Source: Podarcis vaucheri (lineage: Eukaryota). Taken from it: DNA of 64,000 bases. The translations under genes and the position numbers were made by a program. The stretch lies in NCBI GenBank assembly GCA_965113315.1, contig OZ220364.1; one strand, given 5' to 3'. The notes under the pieces were generated by a model. That model did not search any database and was not told the origin of the DNA. It saw only the letters and a list, made by a program, of their open reading frames with translations. Below, piece after piece: positions 49,865 through 63,749 of this stretch (the first letter of the stretch is position 1; every line of letters begins with the position of its first letter).

Positions 49865-52193
49865 GTGTGTATTGGATATCTTTGCTTTCTAAGCTTGTTG
49901 CTTACCATGCAGGTTGTTCTTTGCTGTGCAATTTTTATTTTTCATGCCCCTTTTCTGCAGCTGCCCTTGCCCCTAACACTACTAATGGCGCTCCTTATGG
50001 CCTGCCTAGGTTTTCCATGGATTTCAACTGTTTATGAGTGATGCTTCCAAAAGCTTTCTACTTCTGAGAAGGGAAAGTACAATGCCGGGGGGGGGGGGGG
50101 AATCTTAACCATGCAATCCTATGTATGTCTACTCAGAAGCAAGTTTCTTCCAGTGCAGACAGATGTCTGTTTTTTTTACATAACAGGAAGGGTCAAAGTT
50201 GGCATTCATTTCTCCCTTGTAGCATGGACTCCACGTACCTTCACACTTGCAAGATCTTCCTTTATGGGTATCACACTGGCAAGGTCTGGATGACCACATA
50301 GCCGGGAATCTGGAGTTGGGAATTCCCTGCACTGACGGAGGTTTAGATTAGATCACCTGTTGAGATGCTTTCCAATATTGTGGTTTTCAGCCCTTCAAAA
50401 TAAGTTTTTTCTAGATTTATGAATCACAAGGTCCAAAAACCTACTCTCAACAACCTTCCCATGTGCCTTTGTGCCATCACCATCATCCATTTTCTCTCAT
50501 TAAAGGGTGGAGTCTTGTTCTCTTATCAGGAGACTTCAGTGAAGAGAAAATTGGTTGTCTGAAGAGGGCCAGTATAGAAGGGGCATTGCAGCCACTGTGT
50601 ATCCAGTTCTTTGCTGTTCACACCTCCCCACAGAACACAGCATTTGTTACAGGAAGAACTGGTAGTTTCCAGCTACTATCTGATAAAAGTTGGTGATCCA
50701 GTTATTCTCATTAACCATTAAGTGGCTTGTCATCTTTTACTAGCAGGCTCTGTATTGAATTTCAGCCTAAAATTATGCAAAGCAATTTAAAAGGTCAACT
50801 CACAAGACTAGACTTCTGATTCCCACCCAGCAGCATAACTAATGCCAGTCTTAATAGCTTTCCTTTCAAAATGCAAGAAAATGATTTGCATTAATTAATG
50901 AACACTCCCTTTGCTTTTGTGCAGCACTGATTAGTCCAGAAGCAAATGAGCTGGGGCCTTCCTTACACCACCAGCAGAGTATTAGGGTCAAGGGGACATA
51001 TTCCTTATATATGTTGTAAGCCGCACAGAGTGGCTAGCCTATCCAGATGGGCGGGTATAAATAATAAAATTATTATTAATAGTTATTTGCAGGCCATGGC
51101 CACCTCTGTGCAAGTCTGCTATATTTTATTCATATAGCAGACCACAGGGTAGCTGGTGATAGGGAATACAGGTTTGGAGTATGGGATATACCTGCACCAA
51201 TGGGCCTAGTTTGAGGGCTTCTATGCAACAGGGAACAGAAAGCAGGGCTCTCTGCACACATATGACACCTGCTGTTGGCTGGTCTCATAATATTTGGTTG
51301 CTGGTTTTAGTACCTAGGCTAACTGATCTGTGATGTGTACATACACATGCACGCACAGAGAGACTTTTTTTCACATTACCACGCTGGTGTTCCACCCTAG
51401 AGATATGCAGAACTGCAACAATTGGTAAGAGTGATTTGTGACTTCATCATCTATGCAATTCAAGTGGGGCATGTTTACATGCAAATATTCTGTCAGGAGA
51501 TGGAGTGGGGTAAATAGCGACAAAAATAATCAATAGCATTTATTCCTTCCCATTCATATTCCTTGACCCCCATACATTTTACTTAATTTCCCCTCTCCCC
51601 AGTTCTGTCATTGTCTTTAGAGGGCCACATCCCTTTGGGAAGGTCATTCTGGAATGACCATTTGACCCATCTTTCTAACAAAGCAGCACACTATTTCATG
51701 CAAGCAAGATAAGAAGCTGATGTGCGCAGTAGCTTTCCAACTTCTTCAGTCATGGAAAATCCTCACGCTGCATTCACATGGCATTTTGCAAGTGACGGCA
51801 AATACAACTGATCACACCAAACTTTTCACATCTGCAATTTCTCCATTTCTTTGCTGCTACTCGTAAGCAGAACGCTTAGAACCTGCTGATCTCCCTTTAC
51901 AAGTATGCTGATGCCACAAAAGACTAATCTGCTTCCACTTTTGTCCACTCTGAAACAGGCTGCAGCACCATAGTTACACTGCCACCCAGTGGTAAACACT
52001 GCAAATTGTCAGTGTATTTTAGAAAAATGCTTCTGATGCAAGAGTGTGCAGCAGAGAGCTGACAAGAATAAACATGTATTTCCCCCACCACTCATCCAGC
52101 CTTTGCTGTGGGGTGCAGAGAAATGACTGTAATGACTGCTGTCACTCTATCATTTTAAGAATATGACCCTGTAAATTCACCCTTTATTTACAG

Positions 52194-52216
52194 ATAACTC
52201 TCTTCACTGTTCTTAG
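52194..52216 (+). CDS. TCF7: TCF7 upstream alternative acceptor segment, D-type tail (DNSLHCS*)
   Basis: ctttatttacag acceptor at 52193. Joined to 48169 it gives DNSLHCS-stop, matching the recalled human TCF-1D tail DNSLHYS. Confidence 0.8.
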
Positions 52217-52296
52217 GAGGAAAAAGAAGTGCATTCGGTACCTACAAGGAGAAGGACGCTGTGCCAGCCCAGTTTCTTCCGATGGAAGTGCTATAG
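52217..52296 (+). CDS. TCF7: TCF7 last exon read in the B-tail frame when the C-clamp exon is skipped (GGKRSAFGTYKEKDAVPAQFLPMEVL*)
   Basis: Joining 48169 to 52217 gives a peptide matching the recalled human TCF-1B tail GGKRNAFGTYPEKAAAPAPFLPMTVL; stop at 52294-52296. Confidence 0.85.
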
Positions 52297-52535
52297 ATTC
52301 CCCTCCCTCCCCCTTGGATGTGCTGCAGTGCATATCCACTGCTTTTACTTCAGACAAGCTTGCTGCCCCTGCTGATTTCACACACCAAAACCAAGCCAGT
52401 CCTTTCCCTGCATCTACGTGTATCAAAACTGCTACAAGCACATCAGGACTCACTTCCAAATGCTCAGCAGTGTCTCAAACATCTGTAGCACCCAGCGAAT
52501 CCTCAGGGTACAGTGTCCTATCAATAGGAACGTAG
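52217..52535 (+). CDS. TCF7: TCF7 last coding exon, E-tail frame (RRKKKCIRYLQGEGRCASPVSSDGSAIDSPPSP...SVLSIGT*)
   Basis: ttcttag acceptor; continues the C-clamp frame with RKKKCIRY; stop TAG at 52533-52535. Confidence 0.93.
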
Positions 52536-55500
52536 TACTCATGCAGCAGTGACCAGCAAGGCCGGCAAATTCATCAGGCACTTTGATGAGTGGTTTCACT
52601 ACCTGTGGAAGCTGCCAGAGACAAGCCTACCATGCCATCAAATGGCAGTCTCAAAGTCAGGAGAAAGCTGTCAATAATTGGAAAACATTGGAGCACTGAA
52701 AGTGCTTTTTATAATGTAAGTAAGGACACACGGTGTCTCTCTTCAGAAGTAGGAACAAGGACATAAAACTGCGTTCTGGTCAGTAACTTGAGAATTTCTT
52801 TGTCTACCAAACCAGCTAAAACTGAAATAGGACACCCAGATTTTTAAAAGTAGCTAAGAGGTGCTAAATGTTAGGCATTCTTTTCTTTCTTACAGTTCAA
52901 AGATTTGCATTTCAATCATAGTCCTCTTGTAGATATGACACTGGTATGCCAAAGCAGCTGAAAGAACAGTGTGGTTTTGTTTTACACAAGCCTAGTTGCT
53001 TGACAGGGGCAATGTAAAGTAGCTGACCTGTCTGGCATGAGAATATATGGAATAAATTATTACACCTCATCTTGTGAGGGGAAATGTTGATTCCAGGTGA
53101 AAGTATTCTTAATACATTTTGGAGGAGATACCCACTGCTTGAAAACGAATACTTATCAAATGATAAAGGAAGCATGCACTGGCTCCTTTAAAGTTTTAAC
53201 TGTCAAGTATTATTTTCTTGTCACTACCTTTAAACAATAAGTTACAATTCTTTTATTGCCCCATTTCTATTCACTATATACACTCTGGAAAACGGATCTT
53301 TCTGCAGGGTTTTTTGTTTTGTTTCTGTACAAACTTAGTGTGCATTTATTATGGCCATGCTTTGCTTTTATCACAAGCAATTACAGCAATGGATTGCAGC
53401 TGCAAAAAAAAAAAAAGGCGGCATTCTACTGCATTCCAAACAAAAAACAAAAATATTTTCTGCTATGACACTGAGCTCTGCAATGTGCATTAACTACGTA
53501 AAATTCATAAATGCTTATTTTGCATGATTTATTCTGTATCTGCTAGTCATTGGGACAGGCCAAGGAGTGATAAAAGGCACTGAAAAGCTAGACACATACA
53601 GCATCACTATAAATTTTACTAAGCACATTTTTGGTCTTCTAAAAACTTACCCAGACTAAGCCACCACACATTGTTAAGCCTTTGCTGACAGCCATTAAGG
53701 ACTAGAAAAGTATGCAAGGATCCTGATGTTGCTGAATTTTCTCACTCTGTACTAAACACTGTTACACAGATCATGGAACATATTACGAATTTAGCAATGT
53801 AAGCCCTGCTTGTTAGAAATAGTATGCGATACAATTTCTGACAGAGAGCCGTAAAACCTAAGCCTAGTCCCACTGCATTAGTTGCTCAAACACCTCAGCC
53901 TATTGTGCAATCTTTATTTTAAAAAATGATATTTGGGAGCTATGTGCTCCCTGCCCCCATTGCATTTCCAGTGCTAGGCAAAGATGGCTGCTTATTAGCC
54001 CTAATACCAGTCAAGCAACATCCTGTGTGTTATTTTTCTTGGAGGCCCCAAACACACACAGAATGCCATGTGTATTAAAATACTGCAGAAAGGAACAATG
54101 GCCTCTTGGAGAAAGGATAGGAAAATGCATACTATGGAATAGCTAAAATTTGCAGGTGGTATTATTCTCTCACTTTGCAATGAGTCCTATGTCCTTCACA
54201 GTTATACTTCAGCAAGTTTTAATATAAACCCACTTGTATACAAGGGGCATGCAAGCACCTACTCCAGTGTGTGGACACAAAGCTGAACCACACAAGAGAC
54301 GCTCCCCATTCAACTCAAAAGCATCAAATGAAGCTGAAAAGGTATGTAGCCTCGGGCAGGAGTGACAAATATAATGAAGGCAAACCTTAAACTCATGTTC
54401 ACTTTTCCTCCTGTAACACTTCTTCTCTAGCCTGACCAAACTGGCACCATTACTGATCTCATGGGCAGAAAGTTGCCAAAACAATTTAACCATTTGGTAA
54501 AACTGAATCCAAACATAAAAGATTTCTTGCCAAAATAAACGACTTCCAGATACTCAACATAAGGGCCAGATTCAACTAACTAGTCCCACTAGCGGAAGTC
54601 TGCCCTGAGAATTCAACTAGCATAATGGTGATATATGATTACAGCCTTAAAAACCTAGGTCACATGAGTCATATTCACATTAACCTCACTAAAAGACTGT
54701 TGTTCCCATTTTTTTTTAGCAAACCTGTCTTTGCTGTTTGAAAAAAAGTGCGCACTAACACAACCAGGAAGTCTCTTCTTTTCACCTGCAGCATTTTGAA
54801 CACAAAGCACAGTATTGCAATTATTGCAGTGGTATAACCAGAATACACCGTTTTAATATCCAATCTATTTTTGTATTTAAAGCAAATACGTAAAGGCCTA
54901 AACTATTTTTCTACATATTGGAATAAGCTCTACAGTATATAAAGCTTGTTTGCACTAGTATACCCCCTTTTAACTTTTTTTTTTTTTTTTGCAGTATTCC
55001 AAAACCTATTCCTAGACAATCTTTAAAAATGTTGCTTAATTGTAGTGGAACTTTGCAAGCACAAGTACACTGGCACAAAGAGGCACACATCTAAAAAGCC
55101 CTTGCGTGTTATGTGGTAATGTGGACATGTTCCATTTATATAACTGAAATATTCTCGATTTCCTCCCATCTCTGCACCCTGAATTAATTTCACTCTCAAT
55201 TTTTCTGAGATCAATATAGTATGTATATGAGAGTATATTTTCTGGTTAAATATTTATATACCACACACAATCATGATTTCCTATTTTTAAAAAATGTTAA
55301 GGTTTTCCTGTTATTTTTTAATATACAAAATACGTGCACACCACTGCCCTTACTGTACTGGCAAAGCCTTTCCTCTTGTACATACATGCATGCGTATACA
55401 CACACAACATAGGCTAAAATCATCATTAGTTAAAAGCTGGTATGTTCCTACCCAACTACTAAAGGAGAAACTGTGAAATCTAAGGCCCAAATCTAGGTTG

Positions 55501-57230
55501 CAGCTGCATTACACTCAGTTGTATTACTTGAAGAAAAAAAAGTTACTTGAAAATATGATTTTGCAGCAAAGGCACAAAATCTCAAACGGTTTGCAATATG
55601 GGGGAGTCCTCTTATCCCTGAGAAAAAGTGTGTCATCCTTATCTAGTAAAAAGATCTGTGAACCTCATGAGGCATCTGTTATCGTGAGCTTTTTAATCAG
55701 TGAAAGAGCTGGACAGGCTTTTCCTCCAATATCTGTAAGAGAATGTATCAGAAAATTTAAATATCTTTTATAAAGACAGTGGCTGCAGCAGATGACCACG
55801 CTGGGATTATTTTCAATGGTCCCTCCAATTCAAAGCAGTGTTTGCTTCTCCAAATTTGGGGAAAATATATCCAACATCTTGCTTTGGAAACAAATTTAAA
55901 ATAGGAGATATTCTACCAATGCAAAAAGGATTTACCAGTTTGCAACTGCAGTCAGTGCAATTTTCTTGTAAGAAACTTTCTTTTGTACACGTAATAAATA
56001 CTCTACACTTGTCCTGAATTTTCCCCACAACATGGCAGGGAAGTGGTAGAGAAGATGTATGTGAAAGGCCAGCTAGCAATTTGATATTAGAAATATATTC
56101 AACAATACATACCTCTGATTTAGACTTAAATTTGGTGTGGATTAAGGAGTGCACCCCTGCTGAAACACACTGACAATTCCACTTTTCATTCAGCCGCAAA
56201 CAGCATACATATTTCAAGCCTTCATCATATGCTAGTCCTTTTCTTTTTTTCATAAAACAAATACAAATAAATACATTTAATGTAAGTTATTGTGTCCCAG
56301 TTTGGGGAGTGGTTCAACAATGGCATTTTCTATGTTTTTAACGCTTCTCATTTTTATATGTAAGCTGCCTTGAGCCCTGTCGGGAAAAGGTCTATAAAGA
56401 AATATATCAGAAGGAGGAAGGGTAGATTGGATTTCATATTTCTTGCATTGCTTTCATTCGAGCAACCTGAGAACTGAACGAAAGGTAGCAGTAGGGAAGA
56501 TAGAGAGTCCTATCTCACAAGTCAATGTAATGACTGTGCAAAAGAACTAGTGCCACATTTCGCTCCTTCCAGAAAAAAATCTGTCCCATCTACTCTGAAA
56601 TTCTGTGTAGTCCCCTTGCCTATGCAACAACAGCCCAAGCAGATTTGCATCTCAGTATACGTACAGATTCAGGGCCATTAGGTGTACATAGCTACTTAAT
56701 AAAAATGGAGCTGAATGTGTTGATAAGCATGCAGATTAACATTTATGAAACTAGGAACAACTGCATTGTTTTTAGCAACTGTTTACAATGATGGATTACC
56801 AAAAGGCACAAACTATCCATATTCCATACAGCAAGTAACAGATTCCCAAAAAAGTCACTTAAATGCCAAAAAGTAGATCTTTAGAAATGCTATATGAAGT
56901 CTTGTGTGTCAATACAATTTATATGTTTTTTTAATGAAAGCTTTACCCTTCATGTTTTACTCTTGAGTCTATAATTCATATATGACAATTTCAGTTCTTT
57001 AATCACATATTTGATTTCCTGAAGCCTGTTTGAATGTACAAGTCATAGAAAGACCACTTCAACAAATCATTTAAAACCACTGTATGTTTGTAGCAGGAAA
57101 AAAATTCTGCAGCAGCTCTCTCAGCTATCATCTGTTGTAATTTTTTTTTTACTTTGAGCTTGTATTTTTTGGCTTATGTTCAAGATTTGTTTATGGCTTT
57201 ATAAATAAAGTAATCTACCAGATTGCCCAT
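52536..57230 (+). other. TCF7: Probable long TCF7 3'UTR (3' end uncertain)
   Basis: AT-rich and poor in young TEs. AATAAA at 53051, 54534, 55993, 56266 and 57204; the last follows a U/GU-rich block typical of mRNA 3' ends. Confidence 0.5.
57204..57209 (+). promoter_or_regulatory. Candidate distal polyadenylation signal of TCF7
   Basis: AATAAA after a U-rich upstream region containing TGTA motifs. Confidence 0.45.
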
Positions 57231-59279
57231 TCAAAAACAGGCAACTGGAGACTATAATTCTACAAAATGGACTGTTATGTGTTCCCTTGCTTGGTATACC
57301 TTCTCTGTCTTGCCCAGATGTATCACTGCTCTCTAAATATGGGATCAGACTGAGTAAAGAAAGTCAGACTACAAGGATGCATGGTCTCGTTAAGGGGGCA
57401 AACACACAATTGCTTAACAATGGTGATGTAGACCGTTTTCAGCAGTAGTAATTAAGGATTGCATCCAACTAAGTCATTGCATGAGTGGAACCTCTCCTCC
57501 CTGCCGCCACACATGCCCTTCAAACTGTCTCTGGGGAAGTGCAGAGACATTCTTTTGCACAAGTGGAAATTGTTCTACCCATGCAATGAGTTAGCTGAAT
57601 TAAACTCCTGGAACTTAATTTAAAGCACAGTATGCCAAGGCATTATCTTTAAGAGCAATATGTGTTAACAGCCACAATCCAAAGTCCACAAAATAATGTT
57701 AAGCACACCTCTTATGACCAAAGTTGCAACTATTTTAATGTGACTATTTCACAGTATTCACCTTCTCAGGTTAAGCTAGAAAACAAACACCACACACTAC
57801 TCTTTCTCAAAGTGCAAGCTACCCAGCATATTCAGAACTGTGCCCTTCTAGCCTTGCAGAATGTTTTCAGCAGGCAGTATACCAAATAGATCATCTTCAG
57901 TCAACAGCAAGTAGACTTTTTTCTACTTGAAATATCACAAGAGTACAAAGGGTATTCTTTAGCCTGCTGGAGCAAATTTATTGTTTGCTCCATAACCATC
58001 CGAAAGTACTTTGAACGGCCAGGCTTTTAGATGCTCTCTAACCCACACTGGCATCAAAGTTCTTCACAACCAAAGAGAAGACGGCAACACTAACTGGAAC
58101 TAGAAACACTGAAAATGTCTGGCTTAATCCCACTCTCTGCACAACAGAGTCCTTTAGAGGTTAAAGGGAGATGCTGCCAACATGTCAAAGGCAGGTTTTC
58201 TATCATCTTACCTTCTTGACTCTCTGGTTAGTCAATTCTTTACCCCTCCCCTCCAATGTTTACAGATAACAATGCAGAGAAGTAGCTCACTTCTTTAATG
58301 AGACAACAGTGAAGGGATAGAAGGTACTCACTGCATTGTGTATTATAGGATAATTTCAAAGAGACACAACCTGGATAGGGGATTAGTTGTGGCCTTTGCT
58401 CTCAAATTCTGAAGGGAGAGTATAAGTGCTGGAACTTTTGACATTATCCCCTGCTAGAAGACAACAAGTGTGTTTGAAACCCTCACTGGGAATTCTGATA
58501 ACTGCCCAATTCTTGCGCTTCTGGGTTCAAGATCTCCCTTCCACCAAAACTATCTGGATGACAAGAGCAGTGACCTTGCCAGAAACTCTAGGCGAATGAG
58601 AAGTGTCAAGTATTTCCCTGACCCCAGTCCCTGTCTGACATATTTTCCCCTTGCCATGCTCACAAGACCCAGGGTTAACCTTAACCTGGAGCTGCTGGTT
58701 CTTTCCAAAACCCATGCATCTTGAGCAACATCATCATGAGTCGTGGGAACATTTGAGTTCCTTCCTTCCCATAGACTTCCACAAAAGACAACCATCCCCA
58801 CCCAGAGGTAGATTAGATCCCAGTAATTAGAAATGGTAGAATATTGGACTTTTTCATGTAATCCAGTGCTGGACTCATTGGTTGAGCAAGTAGAATTGGA
58901 GACGTGATCCTGGAAAATGAAAAGTGAGCATATGCAGTTTGATTACTTTAAAAGACACAGGGTTATAGGCATAGAAGACTAGGAACGGAGATGTTTTGAT
59001 AAACCATGGGTTTAAGCAAGAAGACTACTTGAAGAATATTTCAGCTTTCATGTACTGGTAACTGAAGCCCATCTTTTGCAGCCCCTTTCCCCCTCCCCCT
59101 CCCGACTGTTTCTTCTGAAGACAGCAGCTGGCACTATCAAGTATACAATCATTTCATGTTAACAGCTTGTGAAGTTGTGGAGCAATATGCACATTGGTTG
59201 CTATGCATGTTTCAATTTTAACTGCCTCATTTAACTCCAGGTATCTTATTCTGTATAGAACATTCAAAGGTCACCACTG

Positions 59280-60363
59280 ATCTTTGAAGTATATTTATTA
59301 GGGTTTTGTTCTATTCTAGTGTGTATACAGAAAATGGAATGCAATACAAGCCAAGGGGATGCCTCAATGCTTAGTACATATGAACATCCTAATTCCTACA
59401 GGGGAACTGTAGAAACTGGAAAAAAAGAAACAGTCTTACTTGCAAGTGGTTTTTTCCTAAACAACCATCAAATGGCACAACATCAGTATCATACTGCGTA
59501 TGCACAGTGACAAGTCACTGCAATCTGACTTCATGTACAACACTGCAGACTAAGACTTTCACAGAACAATAAGATTTTTTTTAAAACTACAGGAAAATAC
59601 TGCAGCTTGCCTAACATAGCAAGCACCACCATGGAATTTTAGCTTTGGTAATCTCTTTTGATCACACAGTGGGATTTAATCTGCTAGTTCAGGGGACTAA
59701 GCAACTAAACTGTGATTTCCAGAAAGAAGCATGATCTTTGTTATCTGCCAAAAATGGGCTTAATTGTCTACCTCTAACTGCCTAAATCAGTTCTACATTA
59801 CGCCTCTAGAGAACTGACCCTTAGCTAACAAAACCAACATGGTTTGTGGCAGTTGTCACCTGTCCCCAACAAAGAAAGGTGTAGAACTGAAGAAACAATT
59901 ATTGCAACTGGGTTTTCAAGACTTCCCATTGTCCTAAGAAGCCATTAGGATGTGAATGAAAACAGGCTTCATTAATTCTGTTTCAGAAAACTTTTGCAAT
60001 TGATTTTATTTACAGTGCCAGAGGTTGCTGAATTTCTGACATCCTATATATTTTAAATGATACAGTGACACATTTAAAAGCATGGAAAGGCTAGCTTGCG
60101 GTGCGAATTGCCATACAGAGTCCACACTTAGTTTAGTTTTATTGGTATCAGAGGAAAAGTATGGGGACATTGGATTACACTGGTAGAAACTCAGCCAAAA
60201 GGATTTAAATCTATATTCAAATATTACACATGCAAAGAGAACACCACCCTACAAGAACAACTTCATTTGCTGCTGCATTTGTCTAATATTAACAGTTATA
60301 AACAGAGCAGTGCAACTGGTATTTGGAACGATCCTTACAGTGTCAGTTGTCAGGCACAAGACT
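59280..60363 (-). other. SKP1: SKP1 3'UTR with tandem polyA signals
   Basis: Minus-strand AATAAA at 60138-60143, 60005-60010 and 59294-59299. The proximal part resembles the recalled mammalian SKP1 3'UTR. Distal end uncertain. Confidence 0.7.
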
Positions 60364-60399
60364 TCACTTTTCTTCACACCACTGGTTTTCTTTGCGTAC
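60364..60399 (-). CDS. SKP1: SKP1 last coding exon (VRKENQWCEEK*)
   Basis: Minus-strand gatttttag acceptor; TGA stop at 60366-60364; canonical SKP1 C-terminus. Confidence 0.98.
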   Translation of the reverse strand, partial: VRKENQWCEEK

Positions 60400-60815
60400 C
60401 TAAAAATCAAGACAGCCTTTATTACATTACTTAAGGATTCTGAAAGTGTGCAAAGCAAAGGAAATGGTACTCATGCCTGAAACCAAGGGAATGGTATTTA
60501 TTTTCTATTGAGGCTATTTCCATACAGGCTTATCAGGCATGTGGGCAGGAGGAGCACCATACAAAAGTGTGAAGGAAAACTTACATGCATGGCATGTCTC
60601 TCATATGGCACATCTTAGCTTCACATAACAAGCTTTGAGCAAGTACTTTATCTTTGTGAGGATCATTATGACAAAGACCCAGAATCCTAAGTGAGACTAC
60701 AATAATTGGGATAGAATGTCACACAGAGTCCAGCACCAGTGATTTGTTGCTCAACCAATGAGATCATGTATCTTCAAAGGACTAAGAAAAAATGAGTAGT
60801 ACAGATCCTGTTTTA

Positions 60816-61016
<201 letters not shown>

Positions 61017-62109
61017 TTAATGTCTTGTGCTCAATGCAATACCACCAAAATATGCTATACCATCAGGTTTTTATTTATAAAAAGTAACAAAGACATTTCC
61101 TATTTCATTGTAATTTACTTATTTGCATGATATTATAGTAAGATGTCTGGTTTTTTGTTTTTTGTTTAATCAAGATAACTTTATTAATACTTTTTTGTTT
61201 AGCATTTACAAGGACCATCAATTAAGCCAGGCGGGGGACCCCAGGTGCTGAACTGTTATCAATTAAAACTCTATCTTGCCCTTCCACTCAAGGAGCAAAT
61301 AATAAAACAGCAAAATGATACAATTTTAAGAAATTAAAAATATATCAAACATCTTAAGAACAGTCACATATCACAGCTATTAATTTCAAGGTTGCCGCAA
61401 ATTGTCTTTCAGCTATCAAATGCCCAGGTGAACATAAATGTTTTTAAATTCCTCTTGAATATTAATAATGAGGAAGAAACAATTCACCAAGGAGGGCATT
61501 GAAGAACAGTTACCAAGAAGGCCGCCACAGGTCAGTGCTCATCTAGCAGCATCAACATGTCAATCATAAGGTTCAAGATGGCTGATACTGGGGAGATGCA
61601 TTTTTAGCTACTTGAGTGCCAATCAGATTAGGGCCTTCTAAGCCAGCCTGTCACCTTGAATTGGGCTTGGTAGCTCACTGGCAGTCAGTGCATTGTTTTC
61701 TAGACCAGAGACACACCGTCCCATCAGGATGTCCCATTCATAACTTCAATCACTCTAGACTACTGACCGCATTGGCCTGGAAATGTGGGAGGCATAGTCC
61801 AACAACATCTGAAGGGCTCAAGTTCCCCGCCTCTGAATTAAGCATTTTCAGAACACATGGTCATTCAGTTATGGAGCATGCATCTATAATACACCAAATC
61901 TAAACATTTATGCCATAGCAGTCAGCTAGTTTGCTTTGAAAGGCCCTAGGAGCAAGAAAACAGAGTCCTACTCATACAAGTATTGTCATAGATGCCACTT
62001 CATTTCATTTATAGATTCAGCAGCAAAAATTTGGCCGTGTCCTTTAGTTGCAGGTGTCTAGTTTACATGTATGCTTGAAGTAATGTTCACTTGCTGAAGT
62101 GCGACTTTA

Positions 62110-62830
62110 TTATGCATGCAGGACCAAAATAAAGGTTTCCCCTGAAGATCAAACCCAGGCAGGCTCATAGAGGGAGATATGGTCCTTCAGATAGCCTGGA
62201 CACAAGCTTTATTGGGCTTTATAGGTCATAATGAGCACTTTGAAATGTGTCCAGAAACAAACCAGTAGTCAGTGGAACTGTTGACATAAGGAATTTCTGT
62301 TCTTCCTGTAACCAGCTCTGGTCAGCATTCTGAACTGCAGAAGTTTCGAAAAACTGTGCAATGGCACACCCACAGAAAGCTTGATATAAATGGGCTGTAA
62401 CTAAGCTATAGATCACAGTGGCCAGATCAGATATTTCCAGAATGGAAGCAACAAGCCAACAATCAAAATATTGGACAGGAGTTACCCAGGACCACCAAGA
62501 TAGACCACAGCCACCCTGAAACAGTTCCTCCAAGTCTCATAATAGTAGGATACCATGGTCAATGGTCTCAAAAGCCACTGAGAGGTCCAGCACACTCTCC
62601 CTGTCCAGCTTCCAGAATAGGTCATCCACCAAGGGACCCAAAGCCATTTCTTTCCCATAACCAGGCCTGAATCCAGACTGAAATGGATCTAGACAATCAA
62701 TCTCATCCAAGAACTCATGAGGCTGAGAAGCCAACAGATGCTTCAGCACCTTGTTCAAGAATGGAATATTGGAGACGGGCTAATAATTATCCAGACTAGT
62801 GAGACTCTGGGAGGGCTTTTTCAGCAAAGG
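62110..62830 (-). mobile_element. Decayed L2/CR1-clade LINE RT fragment in a SKP1 intron
   Basis: DPFQSGFRPGYG and LDLSVAFETIDH remnants in ORF 62537-62758; boundaries approximate. Confidence 0.8.
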
Positions 62831-63043
62831 TCTTACTACTTAGGCAGGTTGAAACTTCATCTTGCTGAAGAGTTGTTCACCTTTCCCTTACCCACTCAGC
62901 AATTCCTCCCACCTGGCTACTCTTATAAGCCAGGAAGGACAAGGACCCAGCAAACACATGGTGGCTCTCACTTCTCCAAAACAAAACGTATTAGAAATTT
63001 CTATAATACCATGTAATATTCCATTGATCTACAAAGTTCATTA

Positions 63044-63238
<195 letters not shown>

Positions 63239-63749
63239 TTAGAGTAAAGTAGCTTATGAAAGATCTTCATACTTGTTTATTTAGTCTAAAATAAACATTT
63301 GCTCTTAAAACTTCAAGCAAATTAGTTTTATCAGTGCTCAGAGATCTTTTTGCACAGCCACTACTTAATACAATAACACAGAACTGTTAAACATTCATCT
63401 TTTCTGGAAATTTTACTAATTTAAACTAAACATCCTGCCATTTTTAAGCATACCACCAGCTGCTCATAATTATCTCAATACAAACCTTTCGGGGGGAAGA
63501 ACTGACAGTAGCATAATCTCAAAACACAGTCTGCAAATGCTGTAAACAAGATTTCACACACTTAATACTGAACTGCTTTCTCACATTTCAATCTTGTGAT
63601 GCCAATTAAGTACTTTCAAACTGACAGAACTACTGTAAAGATTAAGTGGGAAGAAGCAACAAATAAGTCAAACAGAATGAAAATTTGAAAAGACTGGCTC
63701 ACAAATGCTGCCTTATCTGAAACCAGTTAAATCCCAAAACATTTATACA

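Noticed and set aside
17777-52535. Assignment to LEF1, TCF7L1 or TCF7L2
   Set aside because: [14 protein letters not shown], the GLNQQ.DWCGPC clamp, the B and D tails and the adjacency to SKP1 all indicate TCF7.
7629-52587. TCF/LEF sites (CTTTGAT[C/G] or reverse) at about 7629, 8557, 18363, 23253, 24301, 28131, 40207 and 52580 as an autoregulatory array
   Set aside because: They are scattered, not clustered, and not clearly above chance for AT-rich 64 kb.
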